NCBI GenBank assembly: GCA_035633175.1
Contig: DASQFK010000056.1
Location: 178 to 32,177 of the forward strand
Length of the DNA stretch: 32,000 bases
Source of the DNA: Methylotenera sp.
GTDB taxonomy: Bacteria; Pseudomonadota; Gammaproteobacteria; Burkholderiales; Methylophilaceae
Reading direction: 5' to 3'
Positions within the stretch are counted from its first letter, which is position 1; every line of letters begins with the position of its first letter. This document shows positions 17,852 to 27,838 of this stretch, piece by piece. Position numbers and translations under genes: made by a program. The notes beneath the pieces were generated by a model. It did no database searches and was not told the DNA's origin. It was given only the letters and a program-made list of their open reading frames with translations.

Positions 17852-18649
17852 ATGTCACAAACCTACGATCAGCTACTAGGCGCTGAGCAGCGCGTCTGGA
17901 ACCGTAACGCTCTGCGGCTCGGTGCGGTGCTTGCCGTTATTCTGGCGTGCGCCTATTACGTTGGCTTGTTCGACGGCGCGCGCCTGGCGGAGGGCGTGCC
18001 CAGCCTATTCAGCCTGCTTGGCGAAATGTTGCCGCCAAACTTCAACGATTGGCGCAACTGGATCAAGCCGCTCTTCGACACACTTGCCATGAGTGTGGCC
18101 GGGACGGCGCTGGCGGTGGCGTTTTCGGTGCCGCTCGCGTTCCTGGCGGCGCGCAACACCACGCCACACCCGGTTATCTACCAGGCGGCACGTGGGCTGC
18201 TGAATGCCTTGCGATCGGTTCCCGAGCTGATTCTCGGGATCATTTTTGTCGCGGCGGTCGGCTTCGGCGCCCTGCCCGGGGTGCTAGCGCTCGGCCTGCA
18301 CTCGATCGGTATGATCGGCAAATTCTTCGCCGAGGCCATCGAGCACACCGACGAAGCGCCGATCGAGGCAGCGCGTGCCGCCGGCGGCACGCCGCTGCAG
18401 GTGATCCTGCATGGTGTCCTGCCGCAGGTGCTGCCGCAGATGGCGGACATCTCCATTTACCGCTGGGAGTACAACTTCCGCGCCTCCACCGTGATGGGCA
18501 TGGTCGGCGCCGGCGGCATCGGCTTCCAATTGATGGGCTCGCTGCGCATCATGCAATACCAAGACGTCTCGGCAATCCTGCTGGTGATTTTGGCGATGGT
18601 GACGCTGGTGGATGCCTTCAGCGGCGCGCTTAGAAAACGATTCAAATAA
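17852..18649 (+). CDS. ptxC: phosphite/phosphonate ABC transporter permease (PhnE family)
   Basis: 265 aa, multi-TM. PhnE-like EAA-loop region (EAIEHTDEAPIEAARAAGGTPLQV). Confidence 0.9.
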   Translation: MSQTYDQLLGAEQRVWNRNALRLGAVLAVILACAYYVGLFDGARLAEGVPSLFSLLGEMLPPNFNDWRNWIKPLFDTLAMSVAGTALAVAFSVPLAFLAARNTTPHPVIYQAARGLLNALRSVPELILGIIFVAAVGFGALPGVLALGLHSIGMIGKFFAEAIEHTDEAPIEAARAAGGTPLQVILHGVLPQVLPQMADISIYRWEYNFRASTVMGMVGAGGIGFQLMGSLRIMQYQDVSAILLVILAMVTLVDAFSGALRKRFK

Positions 18650-18666
18650 AACTGGAGTAAGAACAA

Positions 18667-19674
18667 TTGAAACCAAAAGTCATCCTCACCCACCGCGTGC
18701 ATCCCCAGGTTATCGAACTGCTGGCCGATCACTGCGAGGTCATTCCCAACAATACCTATGAGACCCTGGCGCGTGACGAGATCTTGCGACTCGCCCAAGG
18801 CGCCGAGGCCATCATGACCTTCATGCCGGACAGCGTGGACGAGGCATTCTTACGCGCCTGCCCACAGCTGCGCGTGATCGGCTGCGCACTCAAGGGCTAC
18901 GATAACTACGACGTCGAGGCCTGTACTCGTCACGGCGTGTGGATCACCAACGTGCCAGACTTGCTCACCATCCCAACGGCGGAGTTGACCATCGGCCTGC
19001 TCATCGGTCTGACGCGCAACGTGCTCGCTGGGGATAGATTTCTACGCAGTGGACAATTTAGCGGCTGGCGCCCTGCACTTTATGGTTCTGGCTTAACTGG
19101 CAAAACTATAGGTATCATTGGCATGGGTGCGGTCGGCCAAGCCATCGTCCAGCGTCTGGTCGGCTATGAGATGCGCGTGTTGTACACGGATCCGGTAGCG
19201 CTGCCGGCGGAAAAAGAAACGCAATGGAACGTCGAGCGTATAGAACTGGCGGCATTGCTCGCCGCGAGTGACTTCGTCGTTCCTATGGTGCAGTACTATG
19301 ATGAAACGCTGCATATGATCGACGCCAGTGCGCTCGCACAGATGAAGACGGGCGCCTACCTGATTAACACTTGCCGCGGTTCGGTAGTGGACGAGCAGGC
19401 GGTAGCCGAGGCGCTCGCTTCCGGCCGGCTGGCCGGCTATGCCGCCGACGTGTTCGAGATGGAGGAATGGGCGCGCCCAAACCGCCCGCACGCCATTCCG
19501 AAGACACTGCTTGAAGACCTGGAGCATACCTTGTTCACGCCGCATATCGGTTCGGCGGTGGACACGGTACGGCTCGAAATCGAGCTTGAAGCGGCGCGCA
19601 ATATCCTCCAGGCGCTGCGCGGCGAAACCCCGCAGGGAGCGATCAACCGACCGCAAGCAAGGAAGATCGCCTGA
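18667..19674 (+). CDS. ptxD: NAD-dependent phosphite dehydrogenase
   Basis: TTG start. KVILTHRVH..., [11 protein letters not shown] Rossmann motif, [21 protein letters not shown] and FTPHIGSAV align closely with my recollection of Pseudomonas stutzeri PtxD. Confidence 0.9.
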   Translation: MKPKVILTHRVHPQVIELLADHCEVIPNNTYETLARDEILRLAQGAEAIMTFMPDSVDEAFLRACPQLRVIGCALKGYDNYDVEACTRHGVWITNVPDLLTIPTAELTIGLLIGLTRNVLAGDRFLRSGQFSGWRPALYGSGLTGKTIGIIGMGAVGQAIVQRLVGYEMRVLYTDPVALPAEKETQWNVERIELAALLAASDFVVPMVQYYDETLHMIDASALAQMKTGAYLINTCRGSVVDEQAVAEALASGRLAGYAADVFEMEEWARPNRPHAIPKTLLEDLEHTLFTPHIGSAVDTVRLEIELEAARNILQALRGETPQGAINRPQARKIA

Positions 19675-19676
19675 CC

Positions 19677-20600
19677 ATGCTGAACCTTGAGCATATCGCC
19701 AGTTTTCTGGCCGTGCTCCGTACGCGAAACTTCGGTGCTGCCGCGCAAGAGCGCGCTCTGTCGCAGGCCACGGTGACGCAGCACATCCAGAAACTCGAGG
19801 CGGCGCTGAACACACGTCTGATCGCGCGCTCCCACAGCGGCTGCACGCCGACCCCGGCGGGCACGGCGCTGCTGCCACACGCCGAGAGCCTGCTACGCGT
19901 AAACACGCGCGTCCTGAACTTGAGGCACAAACCAGCGATCGCCATCGGCGCCAGTTCCAACATCGGTGTCTATCTGCTGCAGCCATACATCAAGTCGTTT
20001 CTGGCGGAGACGGGTGGACAAAATCCGGTCGAAATCGTTATTCAGCAAAATCCGGTGATCGCCGACAAACTGGAGAGCGGCGAAATTGATGTTGCCACTA
20101 TGGAGTGGTGGGATGATCGTCCTGGCTATATTGCGCGCCCATGGCGGCAAGAGGAGTTGGTGGTGATCGTGGAGCCCGATCATCCGTGGGCGAAGCTGCT
20201 CGCAGTGCCGCGAGCCTTGTTAGTAGACGTGCCTTTGTTAGGTGGCGAACCCGGCACTGGCACGGGTAGATTGCTCATGCATCACATGGGGGGAACCGCA
20301 CGTGACATACAAGGAGTGATGCAACTAGGCAGCACCGAAGCGGTGAAGCGATGGGTTAAGGCCGGCTTAGGCGTATCAATTGTGCTGTCCAGCACGGTCG
20401 TCGAGGAATGCCGAGCTGGCACATTGCGCGCAATTCCCCTTGAAGGCGCCCCGATATGCAAAACCTTATATGTGATTTGGCGTGCCACGTTGCGCCACGA
20501 CAGCTTGCCGCTACGTCTCGCCAAGTGGCTACTTGATCACGACACAGCGGCGGCGAACACCCAACCAGAAGTGGCTCCGCAAATCTGCACAGCGCTATAA
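19677..20600 (+). CDS. ptxE: LysR-type transcriptional regulator
   Basis: The N-terminal HTH (LEHIASFLAVLRTRNFGAAAQERALSQATVTQHIQKLE) is typical of LTTRs. The position after ptxD matches ptxE. Confidence 0.85.
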   Translation: MLNLEHIASFLAVLRTRNFGAAAQERALSQATVTQHIQKLEAALNTRLIARSHSGCTPTPAGTALLPHAESLLRVNTRVLNLRHKPAIAIGASSNIGVYLLQPYIKSFLAETGGQNPVEIVIQQNPVIADKLESGEIDVATMEWWDDRPGYIARPWRQEELVVIVEPDHPWAKLLAVPRALLVDVPLLGGEPGTGTGRLLMHHMGGTARDIQGVMQLGSTEAVKRWVKAGLGVSIVLSSTVVEECRAGTLRAIPLEGAPICKTLYVIWRATLRHDSLPLRLAKWLLDHDTAAANTQPEVAPQICTAL

Positions 20601-20685
20601 GTGGAAACTCCAGGCATGATGCTGGAATACGCCGCAGAGCGTCAATAAAAACGCCGGATTGATGCTCAACGGTAGAGCGTTTTGC

Positions 20686-20723
20686 CTTAGCGTGCTTTAT
20701 TTTCCGTTTTCTGAGGCGACCCC
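20686..20723 (-). mobile_element. Tn3-family 38-bp terminal inverted repeat (Tn21-like)
   Basis: The minus strand reads GGGGTCGCCTCAGAAAACGGAAAATAAAGCACGCTAAG. From memory this differs by about 1 nt from the Tn21 IR. It coincides with the GC-rich to AT-rich transition. Confidence 0.8.
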
Positions 20724-20932
20724 ATGTTCGTTGGCACAGCTCAATTTATGAAGATGAAAATTCGGCTCAATTAGAAATGTCACTCAATACAGAATCAACA
20801 TCAACGGAGCCAACATCAGAGGCTACCTCAGACAGTGGCGTTCAAGTTCAGCCTAATGTTTAGATGAAATATTTAAGCAAAATTTCAATCTACAGTAACT
20901 TCGCTAGAATGATAATTAGCTTTTCAAATCAA

Positions 20933-21286
20933 TTAGAGTTTTTTTGTTTGATTTTTAGTTAAAACAACTACCTTATTGATAGACGCTTGTTTAACCCGAT
21001 CAAGAAAAATTCCCATCTCATTGTAATGGTCGGTCTTAGTGCCACTTGCGTAAGACTTTCGCGTTGTTTCTTCGGTGCGGCCCATAATTTTAGAGGTCAT
21101 AGCTACATCGTCATGACGTATATGGTAATCATCCTTGGCAGCACGAAACTTTCGAGAGAGGATCTTCGATAAGGATGGATCAATATATCGTAAAACCTTA
21201 TAAAACGCATAAAACGTTTGCCCACTCATTTTCACCGGATCGTGTTTATGCCGACTTCCAAGACTCAGAAAGAGATAATCGCACAC
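20933..21286 (-). pseudogene. possible C-terminal fragment of a tyrosine recombinase
   Basis: SRKFRAAKDDYHIRHDD...IMGRTEETTRKSYASG loosely fits box II (R..., H/R-x-x-x-x-T-x-x-Y). The 5' end is fused to truncated IS30 sequence. Confidence 0.3.
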
Positions 21287-21289
21287 CCT

Positions 21290-22036
21290 TCCATCTCGAC
21301 TGGTCGCTCTCTAATTGATACCGTGTCTGTAATCCTACCGTGATTCTCATTCTTCTGCGTGTGATGACGCGAACGGCGCATTATTCGCGTGCGTCGTAAA
21401 TGCTGCACCAACTCCTTCTTCAAGGCACCACGGGCTTGGATAAAGAGGCTGCGATAAATAGTCTCGTGGGACACCTGATAGTTCTCGTTACCTAGATAAG
21501 TCTGTTTTAGCCAACCAGCAATCTGCTGTGGCGACCATTGCAACTGAAGCTTGCTTGCTACGAGGTGCGCCAAAGTTTTATTCTCCACCAATTTACACGT
21601 CTTGGGGCGATTGGCTCGATCCCAAGTGGCTTGATCAGCCTGGCTAGAACGGTAAGATTCAGAGCCACCGTTGCGTTTGACCTCTCGGCTAATAGTAGAT
21701 GGATGGCGACCGAGAAGCTTAGCGATAAGGCGAATTGACTGATCGGTTGCGAGACCACGCGAGATCTCTTCACGGTCCGCCAAAGTCAGTGCTAATTGGG
21801 GTCGAGAGCGTTGTGGCGGTCTAATACCCCTAGTCTCAGACAAAATACGTTGTATAGATGAGTGGTTTCGATCAAACAACTGAGCAATCTGTTGGAGAGA
21901 TTCCCCTTTTTGCCAGCGATCCCACATTAAAGCTTTCTGTGTAGCCGTGTAATAGATTCTGGGACGTTGTTTCATTTGCAACACTCCTTCTGCTTACGCA
22001 GTTTTTAGTGTGTTGCATCGATCAGTTGAATTCAAG
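21290..22036 (-). mobile_element. IS30-family insertion sequence remnant (transposase N-terminal ~230 aa only)
   Basis: ORF 21265-21984 carries HTH regions (SLQQIAQLF, STISREVKRN) and ends at SIRERPVE, just before where the DDE domain should begin. The minus strand at 22010-22036 reads TGAATTCAACTGATCGATGCAACAC, which from memory resembles the IS30 IRL. Confidence 0.8.
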
Positions 22037-22050
22037 GCCGAATGCGGTCT

Positions 22051-22211
22051 GGACTTCCCAGAATTTAGTAGACATTCAATAATGTCGAGACTGAACTGGA
22101 GAGTAGTCAATGAGAGGTACAAGATATACGGCTGAATTTAAGGCTGAAGCAATCAAACAAATCACTGAGCGCGGTCATGGTGTCGTTGAAGTATCAAAGC
22201 ATCTGGCATAG
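22051..22211 (+). mobile_element. IS3-family left-end stub (orfA first 33 codons)
   Basis: MRGTRYTAEFKAEAIKQITERGHGVVEVSKHLA* (22110-22211) matches the IS3 OrfA N-terminal HTH pattern (YSxEFKxEAV). A TGGAC... putative IRL lies at 22051. It is cut off where intI homology begins. Confidence 0.6.
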
Positions 22212-22794
22212 CAGCATACCCGCCACCCTTAGTCATATCAGATGCATGCAACTGTGCAACCATCAAAAGATGTTTTTGTAGTCTTTCGATCAGTTGGGTA
22301 GGTAATAACGTAGTTCGGTCCTTCCCGCCCTTACCATCTCGTACAGTCAAAGTCTTGGCATTGAAGTCAATATCTTTAACTCGCAATCCAATACATTCAC
22401 TGACTCTTAATCCCGCGCCATAAAGTAGTTGAGCCATTAGTTGGCAAGTACCACTCATCAATTCTAATGTTGCTTTTACTTCCTCAACGGATAGCACTAC
22501 AGGCAGTCGATGTTGGCGCTGAACGCGTTTCAAGCCAGCCATATGTCCTAAGGGCTTTTCAAGAACATCGCTATAGAGAAACACGATTGCATTCAGTGCA
22601 ATGGTTTGAGTTGAAGCTGAAACTTGACGGTCTCTTGCAAGGTGATTCAGGAATAACTCAACTTCAGACACGCCCATTAATTCAGGATGACGCTTTTGAT
22701 GAAAAAATATAAATCTGCGTATCCAATGCACATATGCCTCTTCAGTCCGAGGACTGAAATGCCGTCTGCGACAGACCGTAGCAACGCGATCCAT
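22195..22794 (-). pseudogene. intI: integron integrase IntI, 3'-truncated
   Basis: FSPRTEEAYVHWIRRFIFFH, QLLYGAGLRVSECIGLRVKDIDF, LTVRDGKGGKDR and AMPDAL align with IntI1 through ALPDAL. The His-Arg-His-Tyr half of the catalytic domain is missing. The junction with the IS3 stub is near 22195-22207. Confidence 0.9.
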
Positions 22795-23015
22795 TAAGCG
22801 AGGAGGGTTAGCTGGTGATTGACCCCATAAGTGTAACTCCTGAATTGAGATTAAAAAGACAAAAGTCTACTAAAATAAATGACAGTTGCGTCCGTACTTG
22901 CTATTTATTACTATGAGGTCATTAAGAGCTAAACCATAGTTTAATAAGAAAAATAACATGCCAAAATCAACTTCCAAAATATTATTAAGCGGACGCGCCT
23001 GTCCGCTTAATAACT

Positions 23016-23022
23016 GTTAGAC
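23016..23022 (+). mobile_element. candidate attI crossover core
   Basis: GTTAGAC fits GTTRRRY. It lies 222 nt upstream of the intI start and 25 nt before the first cassette ATG, preceded by a 13-bp-arm palindrome at 22982-23013. Confidence 0.4.
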
Positions 23023-23046
23023 CTATTGAAATATTGAGGTGTATTT

Positions 23047-23667
23047 ATGCAGTCAAAAGAACATTGGGAGCATGTTTACTCTACCAAATCTTTAAGCGAC
23101 GTCAGTTGGTTTCAGGAACATGCAGAGCGTTCTTTTCAGCTTATCCGCGGCACTAACGTGCCGCTTGATGCATCTATTATTGACATTGGTGGAGGCGCGT
23201 CCACACTTGTTGATGATTTACTAAAACATGGTTATTCCTCGTTAAGTGTCTTGGATTTATCTTCGGCGGCATTAGCCGCCGCACAAAAACGTATTGGTTC
23301 ATGTGCCAGTGAAGTGCAATGGATTGAAGCCAACATTACTTCTGTTGAGTTACCCGTCCACAGCTATGATGTATGGCACGATCGTGCAGTTTTTCACTTT
23401 CTTACAACCCCTGAAGAACGGCTCGCCTACGTCGATGCAGTTCTTCGTGCAGTGAAGCCTGGCGGTCATGTAATTGTTGCTACATTTGCTGAAGATGGTC
23501 CAACGAAATGTAGTGGCTTACCTGTTATGCGCTATACCGCCAATGAGTTACACGCTGAATTTGGTTCTCCGTTCACACTGTTACAGCATGAAAAAGAGGA
23601 GCATCACACACCATTTGGCAAGGTACAAAAGTTTGTTTATTGCTATTGCCGTAAAAGTGTATCGTGA
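23047..23667 (+). CDS. class I SAM-dependent methyltransferase (first integron cassette)
   Basis: 206 aa. IIDIGGGASTLVDDL motif I and VKPGGHVIVATF. GAGG RBS. Followed by an attC site 8 nt after the stop. Confidence 0.8.
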   Translation: MQSKEHWEHVYSTKSLSDVSWFQEHAERSFQLIRGTNVPLDASIIDIGGGASTLVDDLLKHGYSSLSVLDLSSAALAAAQKRIGSCASEVQWIEANITSVELPVHSYDVWHDRAVFHFLTTPEERLAYVDAVLRAVKPGGHVIVATFAEDGPTKCSGLPVMRYTANELHAEFGSPFTLLQHEKEEHHTPFGKVQKFVYCYCRKSVS

Positions 23668-23674
23668 GCATTCG

Positions 23675-23732
23675 GTCTAACCCATCATTCAAGCGGGACG
23701 CCTAACGGCGCCCCTTAACTCAAACGTTGGGA
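23675..23732 (+). mobile_element. integron attC site (attC-4)
   Basis: R'' GTCTAAC at 23675-81 and R' GTTGGGA at 23726-32. The interior differs from attC-1 by only 2 nt. Confidence 0.85.
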
Positions 23733-23780
23733 GTCTGCATAGGGCCGTTTAATGTAGAACCTTTCGGCCCAAAGAGGACA

Positions 23781-24197
23781 TTAAGCAAATTTTTTAGAAG
23801 TAAATTCATAGGTGAGCATTCCTATAATCATCGAGAATGTAAAAATTAAAGTTTGTATATTTCCTAACATCAGAGATGTTAAAGCTGGCCCTGGACAATA
23901 ACCAACCAGTCCCCAGCCGATTCCAAAAATCATAGATCCCAAGATAAGTTTATTATCAATGCGATCTGTTAATGGCAAGTTTATGGCATTTCCAAGAATA
24001 GATTTATCCATGATTGATATGCGTCTAAAACCAATGAAACTTACAAGAATTGCACTAAGCATAGTAAATGCAAGAGATGGATCCCACGCACCAAATAAAT
24101 CAAGGAAACCAATGACTTTGGATGGGCTTGTCATGCCAGAAATAATAAGTCCGAGGCCAAATATAAGCCCTGCAATTAATGCCATGAGAGTTTGCAC
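23781..24197 (-). CDS. YeeE/YedE-family sulfur-compound transporter half (C-terminal type)
   Basis: 138 aa, 4 TM, GWGLVGYCPGPA motif. Confidence 0.75.
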   Translation of the reverse strand: MQTLMALIAGLIFGLGLIISGMTSPSKVIGFLDLFGAWDPSLAFTMLSAILVSFIGFRRISIMDKSILGNAINLPLTDRIDNKLILGSMIFGIGWGLVGYCPGPALTSLMLGNIQTLIFTFSMIIGMLTYEFTSKKFA

Positions 24198-24203
24198 TGT
24201 GTT

Positions 24204-24635
24204 TTACCCAATGTAGTGCCGTACAAGTAATACCGTTAAAAAGCCAGATGAAATAAAGCAAGCTGTAGCTACGAATGATCTTCTCGAAAATCTGGATATC
24301 CCACAAACTCCATGACCACTGGTGCAGCCAGAACCATACCTGCTACCAAAACCGACCAAAACCCCAGCAATCATAATTAACCAAGCATTAGAATGGATCT
24401 GCACGCTTGGCAATGGCGCTACCAAGTGATACACAAGCGGGGATAAAATCAATCCACTAACAAAAGCTATTCTCCACAAAAGCTCACCGCTTACAGGCGT
24501 TAATAGTCCAGCCAATATCCCACTAATCCCCGCGATTTTTCCATTGAAAACAATGAGCAATGAGGCTGCAAAACCTATTAAAAGTCCACCTATAGAAGAT
24601 ATCCACGGAGTAAAGTTAATCCAATCAATGGTCAA
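24204..24635 (-). CDS. YeeE/YedE-family sulfur-compound transporter half (N-terminal type)
   Basis: 143 aa, GSGCTSGHGVCG motif, 6 nt upstream of its partner half. Confidence 0.75.
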   Translation of the reverse strand: MTIDWINFTPWISSIGGLLIGFAASLLIVFNGKIAGISGILAGLLTPVSGELLWRIAFVSGLILSPLVYHLVAPLPSVQIHSNAWLIMIAGVLVGFGSRYGSGCTSGHGVCGISRFSRRSFVATACFISSGFLTVLLVRHYIG

Positions 24636-24671
24636 TGTTCTTCCTTAGGATTTTGACATGTACAACAATAG

Positions 24672-25391
24672 TCACTCTGCTGCATGTTTGATTTCAAGGC
24701 CTAATCTAAGATTGGCCGGTACTGCGGTATCCATCATCTTAGGTTTCGGTAGATGTAGATTATTCATATAAGCTACGAACTCCTCTCGGCTTTTACCGGC
24801 TACTCTGACATTGTTATGACGTTCTTGATTAATCGAAGAAAAGGATTTCCCGTGATAATCATGTCCGGGATAAACCAATGTCTCATTCGGTAATTTGAAA
24901 AGTTTTTGCGTGATGCTGTCGTATAAAGCACCTGCATCCCCACTTTGGAAATCAGTACGCCCACAGCCATTGATTAAAAGTGTATCCCCAGTAAATAGTT
25001 TGTCGTTCCATAAAAAGGACATCGCCCCAGATGTATGACCAGGTGTATGCATTGCCTTAATCCGTTGACCATTACCGAAATATATTTCCTGGTCATCCTC
25101 AAGCTGAATTTCTGCAGGTGTAATGTTGCAATGCACAGGGGTTGCAGCTATTGCACCAGTCCTTTCGCATAAACTACCTGCAGAAGTAATGTGGTCAGCA
25201 TGTGCATGTGTTTCCAGGACAAGTTTAAGCTTGAGGTTTTCAGCAGCTAAAAGAGCTAGATACTTTTCTAGATTGTGATCGACCGGATCGATGATGACTG
25301 CTTCTTTGCTCGGCGTGTCCACCAGTACATATGTAAACGTACTTGATGCGTCATCAAATAATTGATAAAGGTCTTTCATTCTGAACTCCAA
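24672..25391 (-). CDS. MBL-fold persulfide dioxygenase (ETHE1/Blh-like)
   Basis: ETHAHADHITS metal motif, HTPGHTSG, YPGHDY. Lies in an operon with SQR. Confidence 0.8.
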   Translation of the reverse strand: MEFRMKDLYQLFDDASSTFTYVLVDTPSKEAVIIDPVDHNLEKYLALLAAENLKLKLVLETHAHADHITSAGSLCERTGAIAATPVHCNITPAEIQLEDDQEIYFGNGQRIKAMHTPGHTSGAMSFLWNDKLFTGDTLLINGCGRTDFQSGDAGALYDSITQKLFKLPNETLVYPGHDYHGKSFSSINQERHNNVRVAGKSREEFVAYMNNLHLPKPKMMDTAVPANLRLGLEIKHAAE

Positions 25392-25403
25392 TTTTTCATG
25401 TAC

Positions 25404-26219
25404 CTAGGTCACTGATTTCAATATCATCGCTGTAGCTGTTCCTAAAGCAAAAATTGAAAATATCCTTAATATCAGCGCACCCTGAAACTGCTTGGCCAAC
25501 AATCTTCCAAGCAACATTCCAACAATGGATGCGGCTACAAAAGGTAACGCAATCGTCCAGTTGATATGGCCTCCAGCAATAGCCACTACAACGCCAGACA
25601 GGGAAACTAAGGAAATCACCGCAAGTGAAGTGGGTACAATATGTTCCATACCCAAATTGCTCGCTTTTTTCAATGCTGGCACCACTACAAAGCCGCCGCC
25701 AACTCCTAACAATCCTGATAAAAATCCGGCTAATACCCCCGAAGCTGCCATAATCCAGGCACAGGGCAAGGTCCAGATCAAGCGACCAGCAGTCGTGTCA
25801 ATTTTGCATGGTGCTTGACCACAGCTAGCCTCATCAATATTTGCACTATCAGCATGCATGCTTTTATAGAACATATTAATAGCTACGTAGATCAGAATGA
25901 TTGCAAAGATCAGGGTTAACCAAAGATTTGGTACCTGGTGGGCCGTCCAAACGCCCAAAGGTGAAACTATCATCCCGGTGACAGCAATAAGTGCTGCTGC
26001 CCGATAACGAACTTTACCTGCCTTAAGTCCAATCGCAGCACCTATAGCCGCTGATAGGCCTGCAGCAAGTAATGCGATAGGTGCTGCATCAGATATTCCA
26101 AGATGTAAGCCAAATATCAGGAATGGCACAGCGAGAATTGAACCGCCCGCACCGGTTAATGCCATGATAAAACCGACTACAGACCCTAAAATTAGACAGG
26201 TAATTTCCATTGAGAGCAT
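25404..26219 (-). CDS. TauE/SafE-family sulfite/anion exporter
   Basis: 271 aa, about 8 TM, duplicated GAGGS / GVGGG motifs. Confidence 0.8.
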   Translation of the reverse strand: MLSMEITCLILGSVVGFIMALTGAGGSILAVPFLIFGLHLGISDAAPIALLAAGLSAAIGAAIGLKAGKVRYRAAALIAVTGMIVSPLGVWTAHQVPNLWLTLIFAIILIYVAINMFYKSMHADSANIDEASCGQAPCKIDTTAGRLIWTLPCAWIMAASGVLAGFLSGLLGVGGGFVVVPALKKASNLGMEHIVPTSLAVISLVSLSGVVVAIAGGHINWTIALPFVAASIVGMLLGRLLAKQFQGALILRIFSIFALGTATAMILKSVT

Positions 26220-27469
26220 TATGCTGATGGCTTACAGCGAGTGAGCCACTCACGGCCTTTAAGCATGCAATTCCAATATATCCAGGGAAGCATTGTGGCT
26301 TTTAAAAACCACGCAGAACGTCTGGCTACTGTTGAATCTATTGGGAATGTTGGTAGCAATTTTCCGCCGTAGCCAAATTCCGCCAAGATGACTTTGCCTT
26401 TCTCGACTGTCAGCGGACATGAGCCATATCCGTCATATTGCTTGGACATTGGCCTGCCAGCACGTAGGTCAATTAAGTTTTCCGCAACTATAACTACCTG
26501 TTTGCGCGCTGCAGCAGCAGTTTTCGCATTTGGCGCAGAACATACATCGCCAAGTGAAAATATATTGGGGTATCGAGGGTGTTGCAATGTTACCTGATTG
26601 ACTTCACACCAACCTGCAGCATCAGCTAGGGGACTTTGTTTGATAAAGTCTGGAGCTGTTTGTGGTGGAACAGCGTGTAAGAAATCAAAAGATTTTGTTA
26701 CTTGGGAAACTGTGCCTGCACTATCTTTAACCTCAAAATAAGCGGTTTTATTGGGACCATCTACTTTGACTAAATTGGAGTTGAATGCAAGTTTCGCATC
26801 GTAACGTCTTACATATTCCATTAAGGGAGGCACGTATGTTGCCACACCGAACAACACAGTACCTGCGTTATTAAACTCAACTTCAATTTGGTTGATTACT
26901 TTGCTACGGAACCAGTGATCGCATGAAAGGTACATGGCTTTCTGCGGTGCACCTGCGCATTTAATGGGCATAGCGGGTTGTGTAAATAAAGCTTTACCAC
27001 TTTTCAGTTCTTTTACCAGTGACCAGGTGTAAGGTGCAAGGTCAAACCGATAATTAGAAGTCACCCCATTTTTACCTAACGTTTCTTCTAAACCTTCAAT
27101 ACGTTCCCATGCGAGACGTAAACCAGGGCAAACGATCAATTGCTGATAAGTCACTTGAGTGCCGTCGGCTAAACGGACAGTATTGTTATCTGGTTCTAAC
27201 CCAGAGGCCGCTTGCTTGATCCATGTGGCTTTAGTAGGCATCACTGAAGACATTGGGCGCATTGTTTTGTTGATATCAAAACTGCCTCCACCTACAAGGG
27301 TCCAAGCGGGCTGGTAATAATGCTTATCGTTAGGCTCTATTATAGCTATCGTGAGTTTCGAGTCGCGTTTAAGCAAACTTGCACTCACTGCTATACCAGC
27401 GGAGCCGCCACCAATCACGACGATATCAAAATTTTGTATTCCTGGATTCATGGTTTGATTTGAGTTCAT
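26219..27469 (-). CDS. sqr: sulfide:quinone oxidoreductase (type II-like)
   Basis: VVIGGGSAGI FAD motif, HYYQPAWTLVGGG, KCAGAPQK, SLGDVCS. Confidence 0.85.
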   Translation of the reverse strand: MNSNQTMNPGIQNFDIVVIGGGSAGIAVSASLLKRDSKLTIAIIEPNDKHYYQPAWTLVGGGSFDINKTMRPMSSVMPTKATWIKQAASGLEPDNNTVRLADGTQVTYQQLIVCPGLRLAWERIEGLEETLGKNGVTSNYRFDLAPYTWSLVKELKSGKALFTQPAMPIKCAGAPQKAMYLSCDHWFRSKVINQIEVEFNNAGTVLFGVATYVPPLMEYVRRYDAKLAFNSNLVKVDGPNKTAYFEVKDSAGTVSQVTKSFDFLHAVPPQTAPDFIKQSPLADAAGWCEVNQVTLQHPRYPNIFSLGDVCSAPNAKTAAAARKQVVIVAENLIDLRAGRPMSKQYDGYGSCPLTVEKGKVILAEFGYGGKLLPTFPIDSTVARRSAWFLKATMLPWIYWNCMLKGREWLTRCKPSA

Positions 27470-27497
27470 TTTGAATTCTCCAAATACAAAATATTAA

Positions 27498-27809
27498 TTA
27501 ACAAAAGAGCTGGGCGAGAGTTTTCATAAGCTCAACCACTTCGTTGCTATCAAGCGTGTAATAGATATATTTACCTTTGCGGCGGGTTTTAACAAAGCCC
27601 TCTTCACGCAATATAGTTAATTGCTGAGACAACGTCGGCTGACTGATTTCAGTAGCCTTTTCCAGCTCGCCTACGTTCATTTCTCCTTGTGACAGATAGC
27701 AAAGAATCAGAAGGCGATCGTCATTAGCTAATGCTTTTAGAAATAAGCTAGCCTTAGTTGCTGATTGTTTCAAGGAAGCCAGGGTTGTTGGATCTAAGAC
27801 TTCATTCAT
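27498..27809 (-). CDS. ArsR-family persulfide-sensing repressor (BigR/SqrR-like)
   Basis: 103 aa. ArsR wHTH (MNVGELEKATEISQPTLSQQLTILREEGFV). Cys in LILCYL and a C-terminal Cys (QLFC) sit at positions analogous to the BigR/SqrR Cys pair. Confidence 0.8.
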   Translation of the reverse strand: MNEVLDPTTLASLKQSATKASLFLKALANDDRLLILCYLSQGEMNVGELEKATEISQPTLSQQLTILREEGFVKTRRKGKYIYYTLDSNEVVELMKTLAQLFC

Positions 27810-27838
27810 AATGAACCTTTATCAATTAAACTATAGAT

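Noticed and set aside
22982-23013. The palindrome ttattaagcggac-gcgcct-gtccgcttaataa next to GTTAGAC as a fifth attC site.
   Set aside because: There is no RYYYAAC R'' box upstream to pair with the R' core, and the sequence is unrelated to the four homologous attC sites. It is more likely part of attI or a terminator.
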